64,000 nt of DNA from Macrostomum hystrix (Eukaryota > Animalia > Platyhelminthes), in contig CATNEN010000038.1 of assembly GCA_950097015.1 (NCBI GenBank), forward strand, positions 16,430,001 through 16,494,000, in the 5' to 3' direction. The notes beneath the pieces were generated by a model. The model was not told the origin of the DNA. It saw only the letters and a list, made by a program, of their open reading frames with translations, and ran no database searches. Each line of letters starts with the position of its first letter. Position 1 is the stretch's first letter. The position numbers and the translations under genes are program-made. Below are positions 46,601 to 59,589 of the stretch, in pieces.

Positions 46601-49600
46601 GAATTTGTGTCTGAGGGGATAATTTGTGAACTGAGGAGATAATTTGTGTCTGAGGGGATAATTTGTGTCTGAGGGGATAATTTGTGAACTGAGGGGATAA
46701 TTTGTGAACTGAGGAGATAATTCGTAAAATGGGGGGATAACTTGTAAACTGAGGGGCGATTTTTTAACTACGAGCGTAACTGGGTAATTTGTAAACTAAG
46801 AGGATAATTTGTAAACTAAGAGGATAATTTGTAAACTAAGAGGATAATTTGTAAACTAAGAGGATAATTTGTAAACTAAGAGGATAATTTGTAAACTAAG
46901 AGGATAATTTGTAAACTAAGAGGATAATTTGTAAACTGAAGGGAGAATTTGTGTCTGAGGGGATAATTTGTGAACTGAGGAGATAATTTGTGTCTGAGGG
47001 GATAATTTGTGTCTGAGGGGATAATTTGTGAACTGAGGGGATAATTTGTGAACTGAGGAGATAATTCGTAAAATGGGGGGATAACTTGTAAACTGAGGGG
47101 CGATTTTTTAACTACGAGCGTAACTGGGTAATTTGTAAACTAAGAGGATAATTTGTAAACTAAGAGGATAATTTGTAAACTAAGAGGATAATTTGTAAAC
47201 TAAGAGGATAATTTGTAAACTAAGAGGATAATTTGTAAACTAAGAGGATAATTTGTAAACTAAGAGGATAATTTGTAAACTAAGAGGATAATTTGTAAAC
47301 TAAGAGGATAATTTGTAAACTAAGAGGATAATTTGTAAACTGAAGGGAGAATTTGTAAACTGAGGGGATAATTTGTGAACTGAGGAGATAATTCGTAAAA
47401 TGGGGGGATAATTTGTAAACTGAGGGGCGACTTTTTAACTACGAGCGTAACTGGATAATTTGTAAACTAAGAGAATAATTTATAAACTGCGGGGACAATT
47501 TGTTAACTGAGGGGATAATTTGTAAACTTAGGGGATAATTTGTAAACTTAGGGGATAATTTGTAAACTGATGAGATACTTTGCTGAGGGGAACTTGACTT
47601 ACTTGACTTAGCGGCAGGGGGCCTCCATGACGGACGCAGCGAGGAGGCGGCTGTTGCCGCCCATATCGCTAACCCCTGGCAGCCAGACGGCCTCCAGCGA
47701 GGCGGTGCCGCTCAGGGTGGTCCGTCGGTCGGTTCCGCCGCGCGATCTTCCTCGCCATAGGCTGGGAAGAAATCAGCTCGGCCGGTATCCCGGAGGAAGT
47801 GGGCGAGCTGAGGGATGTTCTCGGGCGAGCAGGCTTCGGCAAGAGTCGGTGCCGGCCCGAGGTGTTTTAGCCTAGCCCGGGTGAAGGCCGGGCAGTGGCA
47901 AATGAAATGCTCGGCGTTTTCACGGCCGGAGCAGCAGAAAGGACACGTTTCCTCAGGCACGTGGCCTTGGAGGTAGCGGTGTCTGGTGAAGCAGCCATGT
48001 CCCGAAAGGGCCATGGTGACTGCTCTCAGGTCTCTGCGGTTTAGCCTGAGTAAGGCCTTACGCAGGTTTCTAGAGGGGGTTGGCACCGCAGCCCTGGACT
48101 GGCGACAGTTCAGGGTGCTGGACCACCTCCTCCGGTGCTGGGTCTCCATCCAGTGGTTGATGCTGGAGTTGACAACGGAGGCGGGGATCGGGGATTCCGG
48201 GCCCGGGCCCATCAGGGAGCTGGCTGCTCCAGCCTTTGCAAGCTCGTCCGCCATCTCATTCCCTGTGAGCCCGGCGTGCCCAGGGATCCACATCAGCTCC
48301 ACCTTGTTAGACTGCGCCAAACCGTTTAACTGGTTGTTGCAGTCCAAGGTGGTTCTGGAGCGAGAGGTGCAGCGACTGAGGGCCTTGAGGGCTGCTTGAC
48401 TGTCGGAGTGAAAAAAGATCCTCCGACCAGCCAGCTGCCTCTGGCGCAGCTCAGCCGCACAGAAGCTGATGGCGAGCATTTCGTTTTGGAAAACGCTTGA
48501 GCTCTTGCCACAGTGTTGGGAGTGGGTCCAGAGGACCTCGCCACCCGAGGCGACGCACACCCCGAATCCCGATTTACCGTTCATCAGGGAGCCGTCAGTG
48601 TAACAGTGGACTGCGGGGTCATCCCAGCAGTCCTTTACCTCATTACGAGGGAAGATGCTGACTTTGTACCTGTGGCTCCGGAGTAAAGTGGCCGGGGCCC
48701 CGTCCGAAAGGACGGTGAGCCCTCCGCACTCGCCCAGAGTTTTCAGGCAGAGGTCAGAGTGGGGCAGAAGGGAGCGCTTCGAGAAGGCTCGCGAATTCTG
48801 GAAGGATACACCCGCATCAAGGAGACGACGGGTGGACTTTGCCGCTTCCCCCTTAACAAAAATGTCAATGGGTGTAGCGTTGAGGAAAGCGTTCATGCCT
48901 TCAAAGGGAGTGGAGGGTGGGGCGCCCAGCGTCATGCGACAGGCTCTGCCCTGCACCCTATAAAGCGCCTCCAGGTTTTTCTGGATGCTCATGGCACTGG
49001 CCCAGATGAGGCCAGCGTAAGCGACTGACGGTCTAATGATCGCCGTGTAATCCACCAAAGGTTTTTGGGGGTTAGCCCCCAAGTGGTGCCCACGGCTCGC
49101 CTGACTTGCGCCAGAATGGCCAGGGCCCTCTTGGCCTTTGTGGTAATGTGCGGGGTCCAGTTAAGCCTATGGTCTAGCAGGATACCAAGGCACCGGACCT
49201 GCTTTTCCATGGCAATATTCTTGCCATAGAGAGTCAGAGGCTCAATGGTCCAGCGCAGCCTGCTGGTAAACATAACCGCAACGGTCTTGGACTCAGAGAG
49301 TCGGAGCCCGCATTGGTCCGCCCAGCGCACCGCCCTGTTGATAAAGCCCTGAATGAGGTCCCTGGTGGTTTCCGCCGAGGGGCCCGCGCAGATGGCGGTC
49401 ACATCGTCGGCATATCCCACCTTCAGGACTGGGTCAGGCCGAGTGCTTTTTAGCAGCTCATCCATGACGAGAAGGGAAACTGAGGGGATAATATCTAAAC
49501 AGATGGGATAATTTTATATGGGGTTATTTTGCTGTGGGTATAATTAGTAAACTGAAGGTGCTAATTAGTAAGGGGGGCTTCAGTAATTTATTAATATTTC

Positions 49601-52600
49601 TGACGATTTCTAACAGGTGATTATGCACTGGAATTCAGTGATCTGAATCATAGGTGGGGCCAATGCTTACAAAACAATTTTTACCAAGAGAAATTGTTAA
49701 CCCTGCATACCGTGGCCTCACTGGCTGGCTGGTTTGAGCTCACTGCGCAAACTGGGGTCATCAGTCACGCGACGAAGGTTCTGCTTGGGATCTTGCCAGA
49801 ATTAAGGATTCCATCACACACGGACAGCTAAAGTATAAGTTGAACAGCAGATAGGAGTGAGGGGAGGTCGGAAGCCGTGACAGTTCTGCTCACTTTAGAG
49901 GCTGAGATGTTGCCATATAGGGGAGCGGGATTAAATGCATCGCAAGATTTTTCACGGCTCGTTGAATTCGCAATTTTTTGCCATCCGCTCCTTAGCTAAA
50001 GCCGATGCCACCAAATCCATTGGCCAGTCAGCCTGGGTCTTGAGTTCTGCTCTGCTTTCATTTCAACATTAGAACTCATTGAACTGAAACGATCAGCTAT
50101 TTTCAATCTGTTGCTGAGAATTCAGTAGAATGCCAATATCCGATCAAGCATAAAATTAACTTAATAAGAAATTGTCCAACACTGTGTTAGAGAGAAATAC
50201 ATAGAAATAGAAAGTGTGTGCCCAATCCGACAGGAGCCCTAGCTGTAGGATAAATCTCCCCATAGATATAGGATGAGGCGGCGGAGGTGGATTTCAGCCG
50301 CGTCATCCCTCTCTGGAGGGGAGCCAGGATTCCCTGTCAGTTTGATGATTGAGAGCTTGGCTAACCCCAACTAATTTCCCCTAGCAACTATCTCTGTGAC
50401 TCTCTGTAACGGCGACGCTTACTATTCTGGGAAAACGTGACTTCTGTTGAAAATGATCTCAAGTCATGTTCAGGAACACTGATGCTACTGGAGTGCCCAT
50501 TGGGAAAAATAATGATTTGTCTTCTTTTCCCCCAGCTTCTTGGGGATTCATTTTTCTCTTAGTTTTGGGAGAAAGTTACGACACTGCAGGATCATAAACT
50601 TTTTTTAGTTCGGCAAAGAATTTTTTATTCAAGATTTCGTCGGCAATGTGAACTCAAGTTGAGAAAAGCGCTTTCATCTCAGGGCATAAAACAAGTTCAC
50701 TAGATATCCTTAATTATTCCATTCATTCCTTCATTCCTTCATTCCTTCGTTCCTTCATTCCCTTATTCCTTCATTCCTTCATTCCCTCATTCCTTCATTC
50801 CCTCATTCCTTCATTCCCTCATTCCCTCATTCCCTCATTCCCTCATTCCTTCATTCCTTCATTCCTTCATTCCCTCATTCCTTCATTCCCTCATTCCTTC
50901 ATTCCTTCATTCCCTCATTCCCTCATTCCTTCATTCCTTCATTCCTTTCCTTCATTCCTTCATTCCTTCCTTCCTTCATTCCCTCATTCCTTCATTCCTT
51001 CATTCCTTCATTCCTTCATTCCTTCATCCCTTCATTCCTTCATCCCTTCATTCCTTCATTCCTTCATTCCTTCATTCCTTCATTCCTTCATTCCTTCATT
51101 CCTTCATTCCTTCATTCCCTCATTCCCTCATTCCCTCATTCCCTCATTCCTTCATTCCCTCATTCCTTCATTCCCTCATTCCCTCATTCCTTCATTCCCT
51201 CATTCCCTCATTCCCTCATTCCTTCATTCCCTCATTCCTTCATCCCTTCATTCCTTCATTCCTTCATTCCTTCATTCCTTCATTCCTTCATTCCTTCATT
51301 CCTTCATTCCTTCATTCCCTCATTCCCTCATTCCCTCATTCCCTCATTCCTTCATTCCCTCATTCCTTCATTCCCTCATTCCCTCATTCCTTCATTCCCT
51401 CATTCCCTCATTCCCTCATTCCTTCATTCCCTCATTCCCTCATTCCCTCATTCCCTTATTCCTTCATTCCCTCATTCCCTCATTCCCTCATTCCTTCATT
51501 CCCTCATTCCTTCCTTCCTTCATTCCTTCATTCCTTCATTCCTTCATTCCCTCATTCCTTCATTCCTTCATTCCCTCATTCCTTCATTCCCTCATTCCTT
51601 CATTCCCTCATTCCCTCATTCCTTCATTCCCTCATTCCTTCATTCCCTCATTCCCTCATTCCTTCATTCCCTCATTCCTTCATTCCCTCATTCCCTCATT
51701 CCTTCATTCCCTCATTCCCTCATTCCCTCATTCCTTCATTCCCTCATTCCCTCATTCCCTCATTCCCTCATTCCTTCATTTCTTCATTCCTTCATTCCTT
51801 CATTCCTTCATTCCCTCATTCCTTCATTCCCTCATTCCCTCATTCCCTCATTCCTTCATTCCTTCATTCCTTCATTCCTTCATTCCCTCATTCCTTCATT
51901 CCTTCATTCCTTCATTCCTTCATTCCTCCATTCCTTCATTCCTTCATTCCTCCATTCCTTCATTCCTTCATTCCTTCATTCCCTCATTCCCTCATTCCTT
52001 CATTCCTTCATTCCTTCATTCCTTCATTCCCTCATTCCTTCATTCCTTCATTCCTAAGTTCAGCCATTACTTAGAGATAGCAGCAACCCAGCACTGTCCT
52101 GTCAGGCGTACATGCATTTGTCTGTGCATTTCGACTAGGTTTCTTCTTTTGCACTTAGCTCAATCTGCTTTCCCTCTCCTCTCTGCTGACTCGACCATTC
52201 CGTCTCTTATTCACCGAATGCCAAATACATTTTGGGCCAGATTTCGGAGTCTGCTAGTGGAAGAGAGACTGGGAGACTTGGAGAGACGGGGGTGATCAGT
52301 CAAGTGGCACCAAAACATGGCCCTAACACAACAGCCCCACACCGCTAAAGGAAAATAATCCCATTTTAGTGCGGCTCTTACTAATAAACTGCCCAAAGTC
52401 AGTTTTCTTTCTGCCTCATCACAGCCACTTGAATAAGAAGTAAAACAGAAATAGACTCGTACTTTACGCATATAGAGTTTCACAGAAGAGTGATGTTCAC
52501 ACGCAAAATGCTCGTACACAAACGTAAAAAAGGCTTTTTAAAATACTAAAATTATCAATACAAACTACTGGCTGCAGTTTCAATTGATGCCATTGAAACT

Positions 52601-55600
52601 AACGGAAAACATGATGGCCGTATGAACCTAGAAAAATCTATTTAGCGACATAAAATGACTTTAGCGATTGATCCCCACTGACCTTGGAGAATCTCCACTG
52701 ACCTTGGAGAATCTCCACTGGCCTTAAATGATCTCCACTGACCTTGGAGGATTTCCACTGGCCTTGGATGATCTCCACTGACCTTGGAGAATCTCCACTG
52801 GCCTTAAATGATCTCCACTGACCTTGGAGGATTTCCACTGGCCTTGGATGATCTCCACTGACCTTGGAGGATTTCCACTGGCCTTGGATGATCTCCACTG
52901 ACCTTGGAGGATTTCCACTGGCCTTGGAGGATCTCCACTGACCTTGGAGGATTTCCACTGGCCTTGGAGGATCTCCACTGACCTTGGAGGATTTCCACTG
53001 GCCTTGGATGATCTCCACTGACCTTGGAGGATTTCCACTGGCCTTGGAGGATCTCCACTGACCTTGGAGGATTTCCACTGGCCTTGGATGATCTCCACTG
53101 ACCTTGGAGGATTTCCACTGGCCTTGGATGATCTCCACTGACCTTGGAGGATTTCCACTGGCCTTGGAGGATCTCCACTGACCTTGGAGGATTTCCACTG
53201 GCCTTGGATGATCTCCACTGACCTTGGAGGATCTCCACTGACCTTAAAGGATCGCCACTGACATAGGTGGAATAATGTAAAATGATTCCAATGATTAACA
53301 TTGAGCTATGTGAACTCATGGTTTTAAAAGTTCACAGTTCACAGTTTTAGATTATACCCAACCCATGCTAATCTCTCTCATCAGTAATACTCGGACTAGA
53401 AATACACGAACTAACACTCCACTTTCTCCTACTCATCTTTCGTTTCCCAAATCCTCCCAATCCTGCTCCCTATATGATATACTTCGTCTTTCTCTCTCAA
53501 CTCTCTTTTTCCACATTTGATGCCATTTCCGGGACTCTGTGGCCGCTCCAGCTGTCAGGGGGGCGGGCGGATTAAAGCGAAAGGACTCCCCAGAGGGAAG
53601 GAAAGGGTAGGGAACTAAAGGGGTCGAAGGGGAAGGTACGATAGGAAACCGTCTGCCTGTTCTGCCATTAGACTGCAATCCCTGGGATTGGGTTGGGTTT
53701 TAACGCGTCTCCCAGGAATCAAACAGACACGCTGGGGCGGGGCCAAAGAGAAAAGAGCCGGAGGGAGTATCTGAATTAATCGAGGTCATTGTGCAGCGCT
53801 GGGACACCAGCTCTAATCCACCCCGTTTCGGCCATACCACCATCCACCCTCAGACACGCGGGGCGGTTTGAAACTGGAGCTGCTATGAGTGTAAATGAAA
53901 TGACTGAGAATTATCTCCGTAAGCTCCGACACTTTCGGAGTTCCTCCCCCGAACTAGCGGCGAGGGAGTCGGAAAAATCCCTACAGGAATTATCCCCAGA
54001 AGCTACAAAAAACTGAAATCATTACTTAACTCTCGCTTTGGGTCCACTCTTGACTCTGCGAGCTCATCCACTCTAATCCTGAACTCCAATCGAATCATCC
54101 ATCTCTCTATCCTTCTCTCTCTCCGCCCGGCGACTAAATCGAATGCAGGAGGTGCAACGGAATTGGCGCGCTGCTGAGGGCGGGGAATTTTATCCCCAAA
54201 TTCCGAAGAGACCACGCGCATCCACCCCCAATAAAAGTCGCCTTATTTGGCTAAGCAATTACACTGCCTAACGAGAATGGAGCAGGGGGGGGAGATTTTT
54301 TAGTGACTGCATGGGCACTGATTAGTTAAAGGGATTCTGATCCCTTTGACCGACGGGAAAGTTTTATTAACCACTTAGTTTCTGGGATTTTAAATCGTTT
54401 CTTCTTGCAGACTTTCTTTTTAAACAACTTCTCAGCTATCAAATATCGATCTAGAACTATAGAATCCAATAAACAAAGATCTCCTTCCCTGTTAGCAATG
54501 CTCTCAGATCCTCATTTATCTAACCGGGAACCTACGACTGATCCTGATCCCAAGTTCCCATCTAGAATCCTAATCCAGGAAACTGCCAAATTATATTGGA
54601 TCTTGGATCAACGGTCTTTGCCTCCCCGAATTTTCGATCCCCTTAAAAAGCAGATTCTGTTTGATCCAAACTAGAGTCAATCAGATCTTAAAGCCAATAA
54701 TTTTTTGTAAAATTCTTCTAACTTCAGTTCACCCAGCTGTAGAATGGGTGCCACCATCAGGTGGGTAGAAATTTAAGCGGATGTAGCAAAATTATTTTTA
54801 ATTTTAATTATAGATTAGTGGTTGAAGCTTAGTGGTTAAGGCGTCTGACTCACGACTTGAAGGTCGGGGGTTCGATTCCCGACTCAACTGGAACAATTTG
54901 TGTCCTTTAGCAAGACTATTAACTTTGCCTTGCTTTAGTTCACCCAGCTGTTAAATAATAATAATAATAATTGACATTAGACCCAAGGGCCAGTGCAGGT
55001 GTTGTGTGTCAGGCACACTAGCAGGTGGGGACTGCACACCTATTGTACTCCCCGGCTCTCTCGGACACCGGTTGACAGCCGCGTGTCAGCAATGGAATTT
55101 ATTTTTTCCAAACATATCGGCAGCATCCGAACCCCACAGAATTGCCGCACAGAACTGCTTTATTCCACGCCAGCCGGAATTATTATTACCCGACGAAATG
55201 TCGGTACTCATTTGCAGCTGAGTAGACTGTGTGCACATCAGGGCAAAGCAGTTTGCCAAAGGCTGCACGAATAGTTCTAGACTAGGTCGGGAGTCGAACC
55301 CAGGACCATCTGATCCAGAGTCCGACACCTTACTGACTGAGCTATCCGCCCTTAAATGGTTAAAAGCTGTTAAATGGGTACCAGCATTAGCTGGGATAAT
55401 TGAGGGTGGGTGTGGCGTCCCCCCAGTCCATGGACTGAACAGCTGTACGCAGCCTTCAGATGTGCCGAGCAATATAGCTGCGACTGTGCTGTCGGCTGCA
55501 CATCCGTCTCAATGAGTCAAGATGTGCATCAGACGACAGCACAGCCGAAGCTATTGCGCGTAGCATCTGAAGGCTGCTCAGTCCATGGACTGGGGTGGGG

Positions 55601-58600
55601 CACCACACCACCTTTTTTTAACTACCCCAAGTAATAGGGGTGAGTGGCTGAGCGGTCAAACACGCTTTACCTTCGCACCATGGTCCCTGAGCTCGATTCT
55701 GCGGCGAGGCCATATTCATTATGGCACAGCCGCTGAGAGAAGGCTTGGGGGCTTGTCGTGTAATTTACACTCTTGAGGGCCAACCTCCAAGGCACAGTGA
55801 GAGTGTGTGCCTGCGTACTACAGTATCTGAGTGCGTATGTGTTCAGGAGTCAGCGAAATGGGCAGAATTGCCTCCTCGCTGGCTGCGGGTCTAGTGTGTC
55901 ATCAAATGATGTGCCACTGCCCGCAGCCCTCCTGCAATTATAATAATTAATAACTCAACCAAGACAGGCACTTATTAATGCAGAGTTATGTGGTCTTGTT
56001 AAAAGTTGTTCCCTTACAGCCGGGAATCGAACCCTTGACCTTTAAAGAGAGATAATTCCGACGCTCTAAACAGACGTGGACTCAACAGTAGTACACAGTC
56101 TTTAAAAGCGGAATCGAGCTCAGGGACGTTAGACTGCTCTGCCACTCACCCCCAACTAGGTTATGTTTATTTTATTTTGTACAATATTATAGTAGTAAAT
56201 TTGAATTTCACCCATTAAATACCGAAGGCAAGAACCACACCAATCTGATGGGCACATTGTGCATTGCCTGGATCTACTTGGACACTTTCCTATGCAATCT
56301 GGTATTCCTGCACTGTCTGGGCAGTACTATCGACACCTGGCTAAGGCTGCGCTATCCGATGCGCTACACTTATTCGACAACGCGCGGCTCCACGTGCCTG
56401 AAGCTGGGCGCTCCGTGGAGTGTCAGCTTCATTCAGACAACGGCGGAGTTCGCCATCAGCAAGCAGCACGACAATCTTTACGACGAATCGGTCGGAGTCT
56501 GCCTGCATAGAGATCCGAATTTCGTCATCCTTCGCGCCTGCATGTCCTACGCGGTGCCGTGCGCGGCGAGTTTGCTGATGCTGTGCCTCGGCTTCTGCCA
56601 GCTGGCCACTGTCCGCGGACAGCAGGACCCGGAGCTGGTCAGCGAGCTCATCAGGTGATCGGCTGATCTCACTTCGGGGGGGGAGTCGGAAAAGTTTTTT
56701 GCGGACCGAAGGGAAAATTTGTAACAAAGGGCCTTATTGACGAATATTGGGAAATAAGCGAAGAGATTAGTCACGCTGGAAAGATAAAAACATGAGAGAT
56801 GAGACACGGGAGAGATGAGACACGGGAGAGATGAGACACGGGAGAGATGAGAGACATGAGAGATGAGACACGGGAGAGATGAGACACGGGAGAGATGAGA
56901 CACGGGAGAGATGAGAGACAGGAGAGATGAGAGACATGAGAGATGAGACACGGGAGAGATGAGACACGGGAGAGATGAGAGACATGAGAGATGAGACACG
57001 GGAGAGATGAGACACGGGAGAGATGAGACACGGGAGAGATGAGACACGGGAGAGATGAGACACGGGAGAGATGAGACACGGGAGAGATGAGAGACGGGAG
57101 AGATGAGACACGGGAGAGATGAGACACGGGAGAGATGAGACACGGGAGAGATGAGACACGGGAGAGATGAGACACGGGAGAGATGAGACACGGGAGAGAT
57201 GAGACACGGGAGAGATGAGACACGGGAGAGATGAGACACGGGAGAGATGAGACACGGGAGAGATGAGACACGGGAGAGATGAGACACGGGAGAGATGAGA
57301 TATGGTACAACATGAGATGAAGGTGTGGATTCTTGGGGCCGGACCGTATCTGGCCCGTGTGATGTTTGCCAATCAGTGAATTCGGGTTACCTCTAGAGTC
57401 TTGTCAACTAATCAGATTTTCTAAGTTTAGCCCAGCAACTGATTGCATTAAACTTGGAATGAATAGCTGAAGTTATTTAATTTAGCGTGTTAGGCGATCA
57501 TTAGCCATTGCCAGTCGTTTCTTTGGATTTACAAGTTTACTTAATCGATAAAATCAATTTTTTAGATCCTATCACAAGCAACAGCTTTCGGATCCATCGT
57601 CGACCTCGTCGAACGGTGTCGGCGGCGTCGTAACATGCGTCGGAGAGTCGGACGAAAATAGCTTTCTACATCAGCAGCAGCAACAGCAGCAGCACCAGCG
57701 GCGTCCAGCTTCAGTGGCATCATCTTCCACATCGTCTGTTCTGTCGGCCACAATTCACGGTGCGTCATTGCCCAGAGACTGCACCAGGGAGACCCTTCTG
57801 GCCTATAGCGGCAACGGCGTCAGCTCCAGCCTCAGTCGGGACGCTACTAGCGCGTTCGAGCTGTACCGAATGACCCCGATACCGGAGGTGCCAGACGAGT
57901 CAATTAGCAGCAGCTGCAATGTACCGTCTAGTCGCAGTTGTCACACATTCAAGTCTGGCACTGCGGGCACCAGCATCAGGTGTAACAATGGGACTGACTC
58001 GGTGCTGCTGAGTCCAAGAGGTTTCACAATGCCCCCGGAGCTGCTACCGGTTGCTATGACAACCTGTCCAGTGCACAGTAGAACACTGCTGCACCAGCAG
58101 CACCTGCCGCCAATGGAGATTCCAACATCCGCGTTCTCCTACGACGACGAAGATGGAATTCAACAGCATCAGCAGCAGCAGCAGCAGCGGAACGAGCACC
58201 AACAGAAACGGAAGAGCCGGCGCAAATTCCTAAGTCACTCCTGGCGTAGAATGCTCAGCAGCGAGAAGTCGGCCTGCCGTTTAAACCTGTGTGCCTTCGC
58301 TGTCAGCCTACTGTTCTGGTCGCCTTACAGCATTGGCAGCCTGCTCCACTGCCTGTGCAACACCGTCCTGCGGTGTCAGGGTGCGCTTCAGCCAGCGGCC
58401 AGCAGCGTCGCTGACATGAAATGGATCGCCTGGTCCACCTGCGTAGCCTATCCGCTTTTCTTCCTATTGGCTGATTCTAATATTAGGAGGGCTATTCGTC
58501 TGGCCTGCTGCTGTTGCGGCTGCAGCCAAGAATCAGCTGCCATAGACGAATTAGTCTATGGGCCATCGGGCAGTGCCGAGGAGGATGACATTGATGAGGC

Positions 58601-58637
58601 TGGAACTCCAGACATGGTAGCTGATAGTCGAGCCTAA
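43674..58637 (+). CDS. Class A GPCR, aminergic-like with atypical motifs. Exons 43674-43998, 56228-56654, 57566-58637 (607 aa)
   Basis: Phase-compatible introns. TM1 LLLNSLV, TM3 CIAWIYLDTFLC (Asp3.32), TM4 W, TM5 YAVP, a long ICL3 ending SEKSA, TM6 FWSP, and helix 8 with a Cys cluster. Confidence 0.85.
44030..45380. repeat. 43-bp minisatellite (GGATTGCTAATCTATCCCAAATGGATGAAGGAATAGAATGAAG)
   Basis: Tandem periodicity starting just after the GPCR exon 1 donor. Confidence 0.96.
46395..47590. repeat. 20-bp satellite (AATTTGTAAACTAAGAGGAT) with ~330-345-bp higher-order units
   Basis: The marker CTACGAGCGTAACTGG recurs at ~46768, ~47112 and ~47439. Confidence 0.94.
47591..49470 (-). mobile_element. 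5'-truncated non-LTR retrotransposon with RT, RNase H and CCHC motif (LOA/Lian-like, R1 group), one frameshift at ~49049
   Basis: YADD, LGILLDHRLNW, YTDGS, WIPGHAGLTGNEMADELAK and CPFC...EHFICHC. Short 3' UTR with a (TAAGTCAAG)2 tail. Confidence 0.92.
50717..52054. repeat. 8-bp satellite (YTCATTCC)
   Basis: Tandem periodicity. Confidence 0.97.
52672..53260. repeat. 20-bp satellite (CCACTGRCCTTGGAKGATYT) organised as 40-bp dimers
   Basis: Alternating A/G variants. Confidence 0.96.
54820..55515 (+). mobile_element. SINE B split by an antisense SINE C
   Basis: SINE B head/CORE at 54820-54956 continues at 55365-55515. Confidence 0.85.
54957..55352 (-). mobile_element. tRNA-derived SINE family C, full length, 11-bp TSD AGCTGTTAAAT
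   Basis: Minus strand: GGGCGGATAGCTCAGTCAG (A-box) ... GGTTCGACTCC (B-box) ... (ATT)n tail. TSD copies at 54946-54956 and 55365-55375. Confidence 0.85.
55520..56153. mobile_element. SINE B (minus) interrupted by a full SINE A (plus, 55637-55952), plus a SINE A head fragment at 56108-56153 (minus)
   Basis: Motif matches to the family copies. Confidence 0.8.
56790..57300. repeat. 16-bp minisatellite (GAGATGAGACACGGGA) in GPCR intron 2
   Basis: Tandem periodicity. Confidence 0.97.
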
Positions 58638-59589
58638 CTTAAAGAAGTTTTGCTTTTTGTACTTATAAGTTCACCCAAACAGTTAAACAAAATAAGCGCA
58701 AATTCAAAATTTTGTGAACGTCCTTGTGATATATTAGTTGTTTAAGTAATTAAAAAAATTATTTATTAGTGTGCAAATCTAAATTGTCATTTCTCCAATG
58801 CATTAACAATTTAAAGTTTTAAAATTCTGTCGCAGTTTCATTGAGAATCTTTTTTTAAATCAGTTATTGCTTGAGAAGTGTGTTTGCGTCTCGTTAAAAT
58901 TCATTTGTTAAGAATATTTGTGTTGCATGTTGTGTGGCAGCTTAAAATAAACATCAAAAGAAAACTAGAGTATAAAACTTTTACTCTGTGTGATAAAGGA
59001 AGTTAAAAATGTGTAACATCACAAGAAAAAATAGGAATGGGTGAATGAAGTAATGAGACAATGTAGACTGGAATGAGTAAATGAATAAAATTAATAATAA
59101 TAATTAATAATAATTGAAGTTGTTTCATTGGATACAGCAGAAAATTCTAGCTTGTGTTATGGATTTTCATAGAGACAGAAAAATTAAAAATGTGGGTATT
59201 TGAAATAACAAATTTCAAGCTTTTACTTTGAACTACACCAACTATACAGTTCCAGCTATACAGTGATGTATGTGTGCGCCATACTAACCTTGTCCTAATT
59301 AAAATGCCAGATGCAGTTTAACCGTAATCAGCACCTGGTCAATGGATTTTACTGGCATGGCAGCTGTGCTGTATATAATACCGTTGGACTATGGAAGCTT
59401 ATCAGAGAGAAAAGACAAATCATATTACCAAGAAGGGAACATATGATAGAGAAAAATCAAATGAAAGAACAAAACTTTATAATTGCATTCTTTACTTTAA
59501 TCCTGAATCCTGAATCAGGATCCTGAACCTGATATCCTGAACTCCAGTGAAGGAGAACAAAGCAAATGTCTCACTTATACAAAAAATAT

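Noticed and set aside
47583-49488. CTGAGGGGA as the LINE target-site duplication
   Set aside because: The motif is part of the surrounding satellite unit, so it cannot be distinguished from neighbouring repeats.
53433-54674. Short ORFs in the GC-richer part of GPCR intron 1
   Set aside because: No recognisable motifs or consistent splice structure.
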